A stretch of 64,000 bases of DNA from an uncultured Candidatus Saccharibacteria bacterium (GCA_965230975.1 OZ246402.1:573009-637008); one strand, 5' to 3'. Shown: positions 37,174-47,771, numbered from the stretch's first letter. The notes: a model not told the origin generated them from the sequence alone. Numbers and translations: made by a program.

Positions 37174-38312
37174 CTAACGCTTTCTATAAATTTATCTATA
37201 ATATCTGTAGAGTAGTTTAGGGTTTGGCCTTTTGAGGAATCAAAATCAATAATAGATTGCTCAATTAAATCTGTAATTTGTTGCTTAAACTGAATTCCGC
37301 TAGCTTCCCATAAATAAAAAGCCATAGAACCAGGTATAGAATTTATCTCAGTTAAATAAAGTTGATTTTCACATACCATAAAATCAATTCTAACCATACC
37401 TTTACATCTACACGCTAAGAATGCTTTTTTTGCTGACTCTTGAATTTGTTTCTTTAAGTCATCAGAAATTTTTGCTGGCAAGTCTCTTTGTAAAGAAGCC
37501 ATTCCACTTGTACCACCTGTTTTTTTAGCTCCGCTTTGGTATTTATCGGCAAAACTTAAAATCTCATCTTTTGAAATTGGTTTCTCAATCTCACTGGTTT
37601 GTAAGTTTCCGTTTACTAGTCTAACAGAACAATTGTATTCAATAATATTAGTCAAAAATTTTTCTACCAATATTTCTGAATCTATAAAAGAAGCTTCTAA
37701 TAAAAACTTTTCGAGTTCAACTTCTGTCTTTGCTACTTTTATTCCAATGCTAGAGCCAAGGTGTACGGGCTTTATTATTAAGGGCAGATTAAGATCTCTA
37801 ATTATATTCTTAGTTATGCTTACAGAATTCTCTTTTATATCTAAAGCCTTTACGCTAAGGCCAGGTACAACATTTACACCAGCTAATTGCACTTGTTCTT
37901 TTGTTAATTGTTTATTCATCAAAATTGTAGACGATTCTTTAGATGATGATGTGTAAGCAATATTAAAGCTTTCCATCATTCCCTGAATAGCTCCATTTTC
38001 GCCGTTTCCTCCATGAAACGCTAAGTAAGCCGAATACGGGTAGATCTTTTTGTTACTTAAACCTTCAGAGAACTCTATAAAGCCACCATTTTCATCGCAT
38101 CCAAACTTTACATTAATTTGTTTTGAATTTTTAAAATCATTTCGAGACTTTAAATGCTTAAGCAGCTTAAATACTCCATTTTTATTTATGTATATTGGTA
38201 GTGGCGTGTATATTTCTAAGTCAATATTTTCAATAACTTGAAGACCTGTAATTATAGATACTTCGTGTTCGGGGGAAATTCCACCAAACATTATAAGTAC
38301 ATCTTTTTTCAT
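37170..38312 (-). CDS. ddl: D-alanine--D-alanine ligase (ATP-grasp)
   Basis: N-terminus VLIMFGGISPEHEVSIITG, AFHGGNGENGAIQGMMES, PLIIKPVHLGSSIGI, CKGMVRIDFMV...LTEINSIPG. Confidence 0.8.
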   Translation of the reverse strand: MKKDVLIMFGGISPEHEVSIITGLQVIENIDLEIYTPLPIYINKNGVFKLLKHLKSRNDFKNSKQINVKFGCDENGGFIEFSEGLSNKKIYPYSAYLAFHGGNGENGAIQGMMESFNIAYTSSSKESSTILMNKQLTKEQVQLAGVNVVPGLSVKALDIKENSVSITKNIIRDLNLPLIIKPVHLGSSIGIKVAKTEVELEKFLLEASFIDSEILVEKFLTNIIEYNCSVRLVNGNLQTSEIEKPISKDEILSFADKYQSGAKKTGGTSGMASLQRDLPAKISDDLKKQIQESAKKAFLACRCKGMVRIDFMVCENQLYLTEINSIPGSMAFYLWEASGIQFKQQITDLIEQSIIDFDSSKGQTLNYSTDIIDKFIESVS

Positions 38313-38315
38313 AAT

Positions 38316-38774
38316 TTAAATCTTATTAGCTAAATAAATAGATGTCAAAGCCAGATTTCCCCACCAGCATGTAAACGAGATTATAAAACTTATTGCAATT
38401 TTCATCTGCATAGAATTACTTAATAACTGAGTAGATCTACCTTCTTTTTCCTGTTTTAATAATGCAGGGCTTATATAAAAAGATAAAAAACATCCATTCA
38501 AAATCATGGCAATTATAGATATTACTTGTAGGTTAACAAATGAGGGTGCCCCAAATTTAGAATATGTAAGAAACAATCCAATCATTACCAAAATCATACC
38601 AATCCAAATTAAAGGTTTAGTAACTTTGTGGCTTCTAATAGTTGCTTCGGTCCAATAAGATGATTTAGTACCTAAAAATCCAAGAAGATCAATAACTGTT
38701 ACTGCACCTTGCCCTATAACAAAACCTGCTATTAAAATAAATATTGGTAAAGCTGAATCGAATTCTATATTCAT
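38316..38774 (-). CDS. hypothetical integral membrane protein
   Basis: 152 aa with 4-5 hydrophobic helices. Confidence 0.5.
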   Translation of the reverse strand: MNIEFDSALPIFILIAGFVIGQGAVTVIDLLGFLGTKSSYWTEATIRSHKVTKPLIWIGMILVMIGLFLTYSKFGAPSFVNLQVISIIAMILNGCFLSFYISPALLKQEKEGRSTQLLSNSMQMKIAISFIISFTCWWGNLALTSIYLANKI

Positions 38775-38842
38775 AACGAATTAAAAAAGAGATATAAATA
38801 AATTGTAACAAAAAGAATTAAGCTAGTATAATTCATCACTTT

Positions 38843-39094
38843 ATGGAAAATACTATTTTATTAATACAAGACTTAGATTCTGTAAGCGCAGAGAGTGTGT
38901 CGTTAATAGTAGATATTTTAAATAAAAAGAACATAAGCAAACCCGAGTATTTATTCTTTTTAGAACTTTATAAGAATATCAGGGCAAATTGTATACAAAA
39001 TAAAGCCAGTCTTTATATAGCACTGCTAGATTACAGAGATGGCAAGAATAAAAATTTATTAAAATTCTGCTCTTTTATTAAAACTGAATCTTAA
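38843..39094 (+). CDS. hypothetical small protein
   Basis: 83-aa ORF. Confidence 0.35.
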   Translation: MENTILLIQDLDSVSAESVSLIVDILNKKNISKPEYLFFLELYKNIRANCIQNKASLYIALLDYRDGKNKNLLKFCSFIKTES

Positions 39095-39153
39095 CAATTT
39101 TAGTATAAGTTTCTAAAATGTGAAATTTTGACAACAATTAGCTAAACTATTTC

Positions 39154-39181
39154 TTGCAAAATATTCTCAACTCTCTATAAT
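39154..39181 (+). promoter_or_regulatory. sigma70-like promoter TTGCAA - 16 nt - TATAAT upstream of the giant surface-protein gene
   Basis: Read directly; 27 nt upstream of start codon 39208. Confidence 0.45.
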
Positions 39182-39207
39182 AAAGTATTACGTATAATTT
39201 CATATTC

Positions 39208-42200
39208 ATGAGAATGAGAGATCCGCTAAGAAAATATAGAACCAGTCAGCGAAAGCTCAAAAAAATTCATTTGCTTATTATTTTGGCGGTTAGCATAACC
39301 ATATTCCCATTTGTACTTGTAGTTAATACTATCACAACAAGAGCAGTAGACTTTACATGGACACAAACAGACTGGAGTGGGGGTGTTAATACCAACGTAA
39401 TAACTTCAAATTCTAATACTTTCGTATCTCAAAGCTCAGTAGATTATGCAACTCCAGGAGAGATATTTTTAGGAGCAACTGAAAATTGGAGTGATGGTGC
39501 CTGGTCATATAGAAAATCAGTTAATCTTTCTAATACCGGATCAACATTAAGTAATTATCAGGTTATGGTAACTATTAACACCCAGCAACTTGTCTCTTTA
39601 GGTAAATTACAAAATGATTGCGATGATTTACGATTTACTACAAGTACAGGCACACAACTCAGTTATTATATGGATCCTGACTCTACTTGTAACACAGCAT
39701 CAACAGACTTTTGGGTTAAGGTTACTAGTATCCCAGCAGGTGCATCTGTAATACATATGTATTACGGAAATATAGCAGCGTCAAATGTTCAAAATGCAGA
39801 AAATACATTTGAATTTTTTGATGAATTTACAGGGTCTTCTTTAGATGCTGCAAAATGGCAAACAGGCGTAGGTGCAACAATTCCGGTTACTATAACCGGT
39901 GGGTATATGCTTCCTGGTTATGTGCCTTACAATTGGTCTGGTGCTTTAGCAAATGGTATGGGGGTTGCTCAAAACCAAATTAAGTATGGTGTTGTGGATG
40001 ATGTAGCTGTTGAATGGAAATCTTATATGGTTTTAGGTTCCACATTAGAGTATGGTCAATCAGGGTTTGCATTTGTAGACTCCAGTAATCTTTTAAGAGC
40101 AGCTATGTACCATGCAGATACAAATGTGAATACTTTAAACCCTTACTATGGTAATTTTATAGGGACTACAGTTGGTTCTTGGACCGAAGTCAATGGAGGC
40201 ACTTCTCGATTTAAACTTGTTAGAAATGGAACAAGTGTTACTTCGTATAGAAATAATGCACAGCAATCAACTGGTACTATGACAGTTAGCCCTACCAAAA
40301 TCACTTATTTCAAGCAGGACTATTATCCTAATGGTGGAAGTTGTGGTGGTAACTGTTACATGCAAAATAACAGAATATTTTGGGTCTTTACAAGAAAATC
40401 TGCTGCTACACCTCCAACAATCTCATCTTATGGGGTAGAACTTGGTCAATATGCAGATACGGGTACGTTAGAATCAAATATTTTTGATACTGGATTTTCT
40501 TCTAATTGGAATGCATTAACATTTACTAAAACAGGTAGTGGTACTGCAACAGTTAGAATTAGAACAGGAAATGCATCAGATTTAAGTGATGCTACAGCTT
40601 TTGCCTCTTGCAACACAATCTCAACTGGTGCAGATATATCAACAAATAATTGTGTAACTGATGGGCACAGATATTTACAGTATCAAGTCTCATTAAGTGC
40701 TAGTGGGACTTCACCAACTCTAACTGATATTTCAATCTCTTATACTCCTCAAGATTCTACTGCACCATCTGCAAATTCAACAAATGTACAATTAACAGGT
40801 TTATCTAATAACGATTGGGCAAAAATTGCACCAACAATAACTTGGACAGCAGGTACAGATGCAGGTGTTGGCATTGCAGGTTACTGTGTTTCTTTAGATG
40901 AAGTTCCAGTAGCTGGTTCATCTTCAACTTTGAATCCAATAACTTCATCAGGAAAATTTACAGGCTTAACAGATGCTAGCAGTTTAACACCTACAGTTTG
41001 CCCATATATTGTCAGTGGTAATTCACTAGATTTATCTACAGTCACGGGTTTAACTTTAACAAGTGGTAATAAATATTACTTTAGTTTAAAAGCGGTAGAT
41101 TTGGCAGGCAACGTTTGGACAGGAGCAAGTAATTTATATCAAGATTTAGTATGGTTTAGATTTGATAATACTTTACCTACAGCACCTAGTTTTATATCTA
41201 TGCCATCTAACTTTATATCTACAAAAGATGTAACAATAACTTGGCCAACAAGTAGCGGAGGTGCGTCAGATGCTGACTCTGGCTTAGCTGGTTTACAATA
41301 CAGAATTGGTGCTAGTGGAACATGGTTTGGTAATTTACGAAATGGAAATCAAGATTTAACAGACTTGCTTTTAAATAATGGAACTTATACTACAGATGCA
41401 ACCGTAGATTACCCACTATTACAAGAAGGTGTAAATGTTATTTACTTTAGATCTCTAGATTATGCAGGCAATGCATCTCTAACAATATCTGGAGCATTAA
41501 AATTAAATACTATTGCACCACAATCGATACAAAATTTAACTGCAACCCCTACTGACAATAATGTAAATAGTTACGCATTCTCTTGGGATCTACCATCTAG
41601 CTTTAGTGGTTCTGCAGATAACTTAACTTATTGTTATACAATAAATACTTTACCAACTGTCAATACTTGCCAATTTACCTCTGCAGGGGCTACTAACGTA
41701 TCTGCAGATGCATATGCAAGCCAACCAGGAGATAATACATTTTATGTAGTTGCAAAAGATGAGGCAGGTAATATTAACTATGCAACAGCAGAAAGTGTTA
41801 CATTTACGTATTCTGGTAGTGCACCTGGAATACCTCAAAATTTAGATGTTTCAGATATTTCTAATAAAGATACTCAAGATTGGAAGCTAGCAGTTACTTG
41901 GAATGAACCAACAAATGTAGGCGCAGGTATATCTACCTATAGAGTTTATAGAGCTATAGGTCAAGGTTTAACTTGTGCAAATGACTTTGGCCTATTTAGT
42001 CAGGTGAGTGTTGTTCAAGATGTATCATATATTAATACAGGTTTAAGCCAACAATACTACTCTTATTGTGTAAGGGCGTGTGATAGCGCAAATAATTGTT
42101 CTGCAGTTAGTGGTAGTGGAGATGAATTACCAACAGGTAAATACACAACACCTGCAACATTAGTTGCTGGCCCAACAACTCAACAAATTTCTACCAGAAA

Positions 42201-43359
42201 AGCAGTTGTAAGTTGGTCTACAAACAGAACATCAGATTCTAAAATTCAGTATGGTACGCAAACAGGTGTTTATTTTGAAGAAGAGTTTTCTAAATCTGCA
42301 CAAGTTACAGAGCATGTTATTACTTTAAATAACTTACAACCTGGAACTGTTTATTATTACAGAGCAAAGTGGACAGATGAAGATGGCAATACAGGTATTA
42401 GTGAGGAAAAAACATTTAAAACTGAACCTGCACCAGAAATCTCAAATGTTCAAACAAGTTCAGTAGGTGTTAACTTTGCTTTAGTTAAATTCACATCTGT
42501 TAGAGCTCAGAAAGTTAATATATATTATGGTAAAACAAGCCAATTTGGTGGTTTACAAACTATAAACACATCTATTCAAGAATCTCAAAGTATTTTTCAA
42601 TTAACTGGTTTAGATGATGGCACAAAGTATTATTTTAAAATAAACCCATTTGACTTAGATGGATTTGAGTATGAAGGAACTACACTTGACTTTACAACAG
42701 TTCCAAGACCAAGGGTCTTAGATGTTCAAATAGAAGAGGTAAAAGGCACAGCTCAACCAACTATTAAAGTTAATTGGAATTCAAATACAGAAATTAGCTC
42801 AATTGTTACATTTTACCCGGCTTCTAACTCGGGTTTAAAGCAAGATGTTGTAAATGTTACACCAAAAACTAAACATGAGCTTAAGTTAATATCATTAGAA
42901 GCAGAGACAAGATACGTACTAACTGTTAGAGGTATTGATAAATTAGGAAACGAGGCACTATCTACAGAATATAGCTTTACAACTGCTACAGACTCAAGAC
43001 CTCCAGTAATTTCTAACCTTAATGTAGAGACAGCAATCACAAATTCTACAGAAGTTAATAACGCCCAAATTGTAGTTTCTTGGACTACAGATGAATTATC
43101 TACTAGCCAAGTGTTGTTTGGTGAAGGGATTAATGAAAATGTAACACAAAGTACAACAGAAGATAAAAACTTAAAGTTTAATCATGTAATAGTTATATCT
43201 AACTTAAACCCATCTCAGGTTTATACAATAAGGGCTGTATCTAGAGATAGCCAAAGAAACGAAACTCAATCTGCAGATAATGTAACCGTTACTCCTTCAA
43301 GAACTGATTCTGCACTAGAGCTTATTTTGCAAAATGTATCGGATATTTTTGGAATATAA
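39208..43359 (+). CDS. giant (1383 aa) cell-surface protein: N-terminal membrane anchor/signal, DUF2341 (concanavalin/LamG-like) domain, then multiple fibronectin type III-like repeats
   Basis: Hydrophobic IHLLIILAVSITIFPFVLVV; DUF2341-like block AWSYRKSVNLSNTGSTLSNYQVMVTINT...DCDDLRFT...YYMDP; FN3-like LQPGTVYYYRAKWTDEDGNTG and other repeats; Thr/Ser-rich. Confidence 0.7.
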   Translation: MRMRDPLRKYRTSQRKLKKIHLLIILAVSITIFPFVLVVNTITTRAVDFTWTQTDWSGGVNTNVITSNSNTFVSQSSVDYATPGEIFLGATENWSDGAWSYRKSVNLSNTGSTLSNYQVMVTINTQQLVSLGKLQNDCDDLRFTTSTGTQLSYYMDPDSTCNTASTDFWVKVTSIPAGASVIHMYYGNIAASNVQNAENTFEFFDEFTGSSLDAAKWQTGVGATIPVTITGGYMLPGYVPYNWSGALANGMGVAQNQIKYGVVDDVAVEWKSYMVLGSTLEYGQSGFAFVDSSNLLRAAMYHADTNVNTLNPYYGNFIGTTVGSWTEVNGGTSRFKLVRNGTSVTSYRNNAQQSTGTMTVSPTKITYFKQDYYPNGGSCGGNCYMQNNRIFWVFTRKSAATPPTISSYGVELGQYADTGTLESNIFDTGFSSNWNALTFTKTGSGTATVRIRTGNASDLSDATAFASCNTISTGADISTNNCVTDGHRYLQYQVSLSASGTSPTLTDISISYTPQDSTAPSANSTNVQLTGLSNNDWAKIAPTITWTAGTDAGVGIAGYCVSLDEVPVAGSSSTLNPITSSGKFTGLTDASSLTPTVCPYIVSGNSLDLSTVTGLTLTSGNKYYFSLKAVDLAGNVWTGASNLYQDLVWFRFDNTLPTAPSFISMPSNFISTKDVTITWPTSSGGASDADSGLAGLQYRIGASGTWFGNLRNGNQDLTDLLLNNGTYTTDATVDYPLLQEGVNVIYFRSLDYAGNASLTISGALKLNTIAPQSIQNLTATPTDNNVNSYAFSWDLPSSFSGSADNLTYCYTINTLPTVNTCQFTSAGATNVSADAYASQPGDNTFYVVAKDEAGNINYATAESVTFTYSGSAPGIPQNLDVSDISNKDTQDWKLAVTWNEPTNVGAGISTYRVYRAIGQGLTCANDFGLFSQVSVVQDVSYINTGLSQQYYSYCVRACDSANNCSAVSGSGDELPTGKYTTPATLVAGPTTQQISTRKAVVSWSTNRTSDSKIQYGTQTGVYFEEEFSKSAQVTEHVITLNNLQPGTVYYYRAKWTDEDGNTGISEEKTFKTEPAPEISNVQTSSVGVNFALVKFTSVRAQKVNIYYGKTSQFGGLQTINTSIQESQSIFQLTGLDDGTKYYFKINPFDLDGFEYEGTTLDFTTVPRPRVLDVQIEEVKGTAQPTIKVNWNSNTEISSIVTFYPASNSGLKQDVVNVTPKTKHELKLISLEAETRYVLTVRGIDKLGNEALSTEYSFTTATDSRPPVISNLNVETAITNSTEVNNAQIVVSWTTDELSTSQVLFGEGINENVTQSTTEDKNLKFNHVIVISNLNPSQVYTIRAVSRDSQRNETQSADNVTVTPSRTDSALELILQNVSDIFGI

Positions 43360-43362
43360 ATT

Positions 43363-45633
43363 ATGGCAAATATATTAGAAGTAAAAAATCTATTTAAGGT
43401 TTACAACGTTAAGTCTGAAAATGTAGTTGTGTTAAGAAATATTAATCTTGAAATGCAAGATGGAGAATTCTTGATTCTTTTTGGCCCATCCGGTTGTGGA
43501 AAATCTACACTTTTAAATACAATTTTAGGTTTAGAAACTATCAGTAGTGGTAGTGTAAACTTACTTGGAAAACAAATTTCAAACCTCTCTCAAGACCAAT
43601 TAGCAGATATTAGAAAAAACAATGTAGGTATAGTTTATCAACAACCAAATTGGGTTAAATCTTTAAATGTTTTAGAAAATGTAGCTTTTCCATTATTAAT
43701 TAAAGGGATTAAAAGGGATGTAGCCTTAAAAAAGGCTAAAGAGAAGTTAGCATTGGTAGAAATGACAAATTGGACAGAATACTATCCGGTTGATTTATCT
43801 TCGGGTCAACAGCAAAAAGTTGCATTAGCCAGAGCATTAATTAATGAACCAAAAGTTTTAATAGCAGACGAGCCTACTGGTAATCTTGATTATAAAAGTA
43901 GCAATTCGTTAATGGGTATTTTTAGAGATTTATCTAATCAAGGTATCTCTATACTTTTAGTAACTCATAACCTTGTAAACTTAGATTATGCAGATAGAGT
44001 TGCCAGAATGTTTGATGGACAAATTGTAGAGTATATAGATGCAAAAAAAATATCTGAAAAAAAGCTAGATGAAATGTTGCACCCTACAGATGTTACCAAT
44101 AGTACATCTTATAAATTAAGTTTTAATATTAATAAACCTAAAAAAATTAACTTACTGGCAGATATTTTAAAAGGTCTATTATTACCACTTTTACTAGTAA
44201 AAACTGTAACTCTATTAGCTTTGTTTAGCGTGTTTAAATTATCAACTATTTTAAATAGAATAGGGTTTTATAAGTTATCTGAATCCATAGATTATTTAAT
44301 AAATATTATAGATAGAAGAGAGAATAATTCAGTAAGGTTTTCAGATGTAGCTGATATCTCTTTGAAAACTTTATTTACACACAGGGTTAGGACTTTTGTA
44401 ACAATTGGTGGTGTTGCTGTTGGTGTAAGCTTTACTGTATTGTTATTTTCTATTGGATTTGGATTTGAGCAAGTTGTTGTATCTAGAATTGCTAACTTAG
44501 AAGAATTAAATCAAGTTGATGTTGCACCACTCCCTACTAGTAATGTTTTTATAACAACTAATTCTGTGGAATCACTTAAAAATATTCCATCAATTAACAC
44601 TGTTTTACCTGTTATTGGTATTGCAGGCAAAACTAATTATGAAGGTGCTTTAGCAGATGTTGTTGTTAAGGGTGTTTCTACGAATTATATAAAAGATACA
44701 GGTTTAAAGATTACAGCAGGTAATGAGTTTTCTGCTGAATCAAATGATTTAAACTTTCAAAACATAGATGAAATTGTTCAAAATTATAAAGATAAGAATC
44801 AAATCGAAGATGATTCTTTAGGTGAAATAATTTTAGATTTACCAATTAAAGAAAGGCAAGCTGTTGTAAATGAGTCAATTTTGAATCTTTTCAATTTGCG
44901 TAAAGAAGATGCAATAGGTAAGACTTTTAAAGTTAAATTTATAGCTACTAATTCTTTAATAGGGAATAATTATAAAATATCTTCTACAGATACAGAGTAT
45001 ACAATTGTAGGTGTTGTTTCTTTTAAAGAAGAGAAGAATATTTACATTCCTGCAGAGGATTTATTGCCATTGGGTGTTCAAAGATTTTCAGAAGCCAAGT
45101 TAATTGTTTCTAATACGGACGATATTAGAAATGTTAGGGTTTCAACAGAGGCATTAGGTTTTAGGACTAGATCTATTCAAGATACTATTTCTCAGGTTAA
45201 TGCTGTGTTTGATAATGTTAGGTTAATTTTTGGAGCTGTTGGAGTCGTTGCTTTGTTTATAGCATCTTTAGGCATGTTTAATACTTTAACTGTTTCTTTA
45301 CTTGAAAGAATAAGAGAGGTTGGATTAATGAAAGCAATTGGTATGAAGTCTTTTGAAGTAAGGTCTTTGTTTTTAGCAGAGTCTACTATTATGGGCTTTT
45401 TTGGCGGTTTCTTTGGTATTATTTTAGGGGTTATTTTAGGTACGATCTTATCTTCTATTATATCTGCACTTTATATATCTAGAGGGGGAGAGTATGTAAC
45501 ATTGACTTTCTTACCACTAGAAGCAGCATTGGCAATATTGTTTATATCTGTATTGATTGGTATTTTGACAGGGTACTATCCTTCTGTAAGAGCAACAAGA
45601 ATATCTCCGTTAGAGGCATTAAGACACGAGTAG
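43363..45633 (+). CDS. MacB-type ABC transporter: N-terminal ATPase fused to a C-terminal FtsX-like permease
   Basis: Walker A GPSGCGKSTLLN, signature LSSGQQQKVALARAL, Walker B LIADEPTGNLD; C-terminal 4-TM FtsX region (GMKSFEVRSLFLAEST...); starts 4 nt after the giant gene. Confidence 0.8.
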   Translation: MANILEVKNLFKVYNVKSENVVVLRNINLEMQDGEFLILFGPSGCGKSTLLNTILGLETISSGSVNLLGKQISNLSQDQLADIRKNNVGIVYQQPNWVKSLNVLENVAFPLLIKGIKRDVALKKAKEKLALVEMTNWTEYYPVDLSSGQQQKVALARALINEPKVLIADEPTGNLDYKSSNSLMGIFRDLSNQGISILLVTHNLVNLDYADRVARMFDGQIVEYIDAKKISEKKLDEMLHPTDVTNSTSYKLSFNINKPKKINLLADILKGLLLPLLLVKTVTLLALFSVFKLSTILNRIGFYKLSESIDYLINIIDRRENNSVRFSDVADISLKTLFTHRVRTFVTIGGVAVGVSFTVLLFSIGFGFEQVVVSRIANLEELNQVDVAPLPTSNVFITTNSVESLKNIPSINTVLPVIGIAGKTNYEGALADVVVKGVSTNYIKDTGLKITAGNEFSAESNDLNFQNIDEIVQNYKDKNQIEDDSLGEIILDLPIKERQAVVNESILNLFNLRKEDAIGKTFKVKFIATNSLIGNNYKISSTDTEYTIVGVVSFKEEKNIYIPAEDLLPLGVQRFSEAKLIVSNTDDIRNVRVSTEALGFRTRSIQDTISQVNAVFDNVRLIFGAVGVVALFIASLGMFNTLTVSLLERIREVGLMKAIGMKSFEVRSLFLAESTIMGFFGGFFGIILGVILGTILSSIISALYISRGGEYVTLTFLPLEAALAILFISVLIGILTGYYPSVRATRISPLEALRHE

Positions 45634-45635
45634 GT

Positions 45636-46190
45636 TTACCAATGCGGAAATTTGTGAGTAATTTTATTGTTTTCTTCTAGCGTTGTTTTTATTTGTTGGC
45701 TATTATTTGAATAGTAGATTACATCCCCGTCTTCTGTATATTCATTTCCATTCTCAGATACATGAATAAAATTTTGGTTCTTACCAGTGAACACTTCCAT
45801 TCCAGATTTTTTGTAGAACTCTGCATTTTTAGGTTCACAAAACCCTACAATCGTTTGTTTTGATTCTTTGGCATATTCCACCATTTTGTTTATTAGTATT
45901 TTCCCGTAACCTTTACCTTGAATAATAGAAATTATTGCTTGCATTCCTAATATTTCTACTTCTCGTTTATCTACCATTACTTTTAAAGAACGTAGAGTCC
46001 CAAATGAAACTAGTTTGTTGTCATCTCTAACTAGGAAAAAAAGTCTGTCCTGGAATTGGTTATTTATTTTGTGATCCCAGATTCGATTTCTACCCAGTCT
46101 GATTACCCTGTATTCATTAACCAAATCAAGATCTTCTTGTTTAAGATTTGTTCCCAGTACTATTTCTGTAGTTATGTTCATGATTAGCAT
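45636..46190 (-). CDS. GNAT family N-acetyltransferase
   Basis: IQGKGYGKILINKM acetyl-CoA motif. Confidence 0.65.
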   Translation of the reverse strand: MLIMNITTEIVLGTNLKQEDLDLVNEYRVIRLGRNRIWDHKINNQFQDRLFFLVRDDNKLVSFGTLRSLKVMVDKREVEILGMQAIISIIQGKGYGKILINKMVEYAKESKQTIVGFCEPKNAEFYKKSGMEVFTGKNQNFIHVSENGNEYTEDGDVIYYSNNSQQIKTTLEENNKITHKFPHW

Positions 46191-46220
46191 ATGTCAAAAA
46201 ATATTTATTCATTTTCAAAA

Positions 46221-46814
46221 TTATTTTTCATAAAGATATCTAGATATAATATTTAGTAATTCTTCGTCACTCATGTTTCTACTATCTAGATTTAGTTCTT
46301 CGTTCCATTTGTCCCAGAATGGTTTGTCTTTTGGTGTGTGATCAGGTTGCAATCCTAATTCTTTACAGATCTCATCTAAGTTTTTAGTGTCGTCAAATAA
46401 TTCTACTTCAAATGGGTATTTTTCGCTTTTGCCTGTTTGGTGAGACAACTTAATTTCTGCATATCCTAGATCAAACAAGTAGTTTGTGTACTGCATTATT
46501 TGTTGGGATGGTATTTGTGCATTTACAGATATTATTATTGCTTTAAAAAAGTTTAGGATTGCTTTAGCATCGTTTACTAGTGGTATTTCTAGTTCTGTTC
46601 TTTCTCTTTTATTCCAGTCTCCTGTTTTTTGTACAAACTCAGCTTGTCCGTTTGTTATTTTTATTCTGCTATCTACTTCTGGCCTTGCCCAGTCGCTTGT
46701 TTCTATTGCTAGTCGAGTCTTTTTAATTGGCTGACCAAATTTGGCTGTAAACTCTTCAAGTTTTTGGTTAAATTGTTGTTGGGTTAATAGTCCCCAGTAT
46801 TCTTTTTCTAACAT
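46221..46814 (-). CDS. hypothetical protein (possibly a CYTH-like fold)
   Basis: 197 aa; alternating acidic/basic beta-strand-like pattern RLAIETSD...RIKITNGQAEFVQK...TELEIPL; weak. Confidence 0.4.
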   Translation of the reverse strand: MLEKEYWGLLTQQQFNQKLEEFTAKFGQPIKKTRLAIETSDWARPEVDSRIKITNGQAEFVQKTGDWNKRERTELEIPLVNDAKAILNFFKAIIISVNAQIPSQQIMQYTNYLFDLGYAEIKLSHQTGKSEKYPFEVELFDDTKNLDEICKELGLQPDHTPKDKPFWDKWNEELNLDSRNMSDEELLNIISRYLYEK

Positions 46815-46829
46815 ATGGTTTTACTAAAT

Positions 46830-47771
46830 TTAGTAAAAGGAAAAGACTTCATCGGAAACTTCTCCAGTATCCCAAAGTATTTTGTTCTCTGGTTTGGATT
46901 TTATTACTACTCTTACAACCACATTCGTTGTGAGGGTAGGTAAAAATTGTACATCCTTTCTTTCATATCTTACATCTCCATATTCATTTGAAATATTGAA
47001 ATCGGTAAGCCAAATTTGGTATGGAACCCAGGAATTTCCACTTGAAATATAATTATTCTTAAATTCACCTTCATCGTTATTCTTAATATAAGCAAGAATT
47101 TCTAAATCATTAACACTGTCTAGTCCTGGACACATAAATGAACCTCGCATCTTTTGAGATGGATTATAAATTCCACCTAAAATCTCGTTTACAGGAGAGA
47201 GTATAGTTAGAGTTTTAAAATAGTAAAATGTGTCAGAAACTTTAATTTCAGATAATAAATCACCCTGAATGACCTGGACATAACATTTGTAATATCCATT
47301 TTGTAAGTTGTAAAGTCTTAGTTCAGTTTGATATCCTGTAAATTCTAATGAGTTTGGTATAGGGTCAGATGCTTTGAGAATTGCAGATTTGAATCCTCCT
47401 AGCATATTTTCTCCTTCCCAGTTGCATTCCAGAACGCCAATATCAGATTTATTTACTAATCTTATTGCAGTAACCCGAGGTAAAGTTGAAGAATTATTAT
47501 TATTTATATTTTCGTTATTATTAGTGTTAGTGATAACTTTTTGCTCATTATTATCAGTTTTTGAGACTTCTTTAGTCTCATTGGATTCGTTAACTGTCAT
47601 ATCCTCATTGTTAATTATGACATAAGATGTAGGGTATTCTTGAATCGAACTACTAAAGACATTTTTATCATGTTCGAATTTCAAAAATATACAAATTAAA
47701 AGTGTGACTATAATCGCTACACCTAGCGCAAAAATAATTAGCGATTTTTTATTAATATTTAAAAGAGACAT
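46830..47771 (-). CDS. secreted / membrane-anchored hypothetical protein with an Asn-rich low-complexity linker
   Basis: N-terminal TM IIFALGVAIIVTLLICIF; NNENINNNNSS linker. Confidence 0.5.
   Translation of the reverse strand: MSLLNINKKSLIIFALGVAIIVTLLICIFLKFEHDKNVFSSSIQEYPTSYVIINNEDMTVNESNETKEVSKTDNNEQKVITNTNNNENINNNNSSTLPRVTAIRLVNKSDIGVLECNWEGENMLGGFKSAILKASDPIPNSLEFTGYQTELRLYNLQNGYYKCYVQVIQGDLLSEIKVSDTFYYFKTLTILSPVNEILGGIYNPSQKMRGSFMCPGLDSVNDLEILAYIKNNDEGEFKNNYISSGNSWVPYQIWLTDFNISNEYGDVRYERKDVQFLPTLTTNVVVRVVIKSKPENKILWDTGEVSDEVFSFY

Noticed and set aside
47460-47540. att/tta-rich simple-sequence stretch that looks like a microsatellite
   Set aside because: It is the coding sequence (minus strand) of an Asn-rich low-complexity linker in the secreted protein 46830-47771. 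It is not a perfect tandem repeat.
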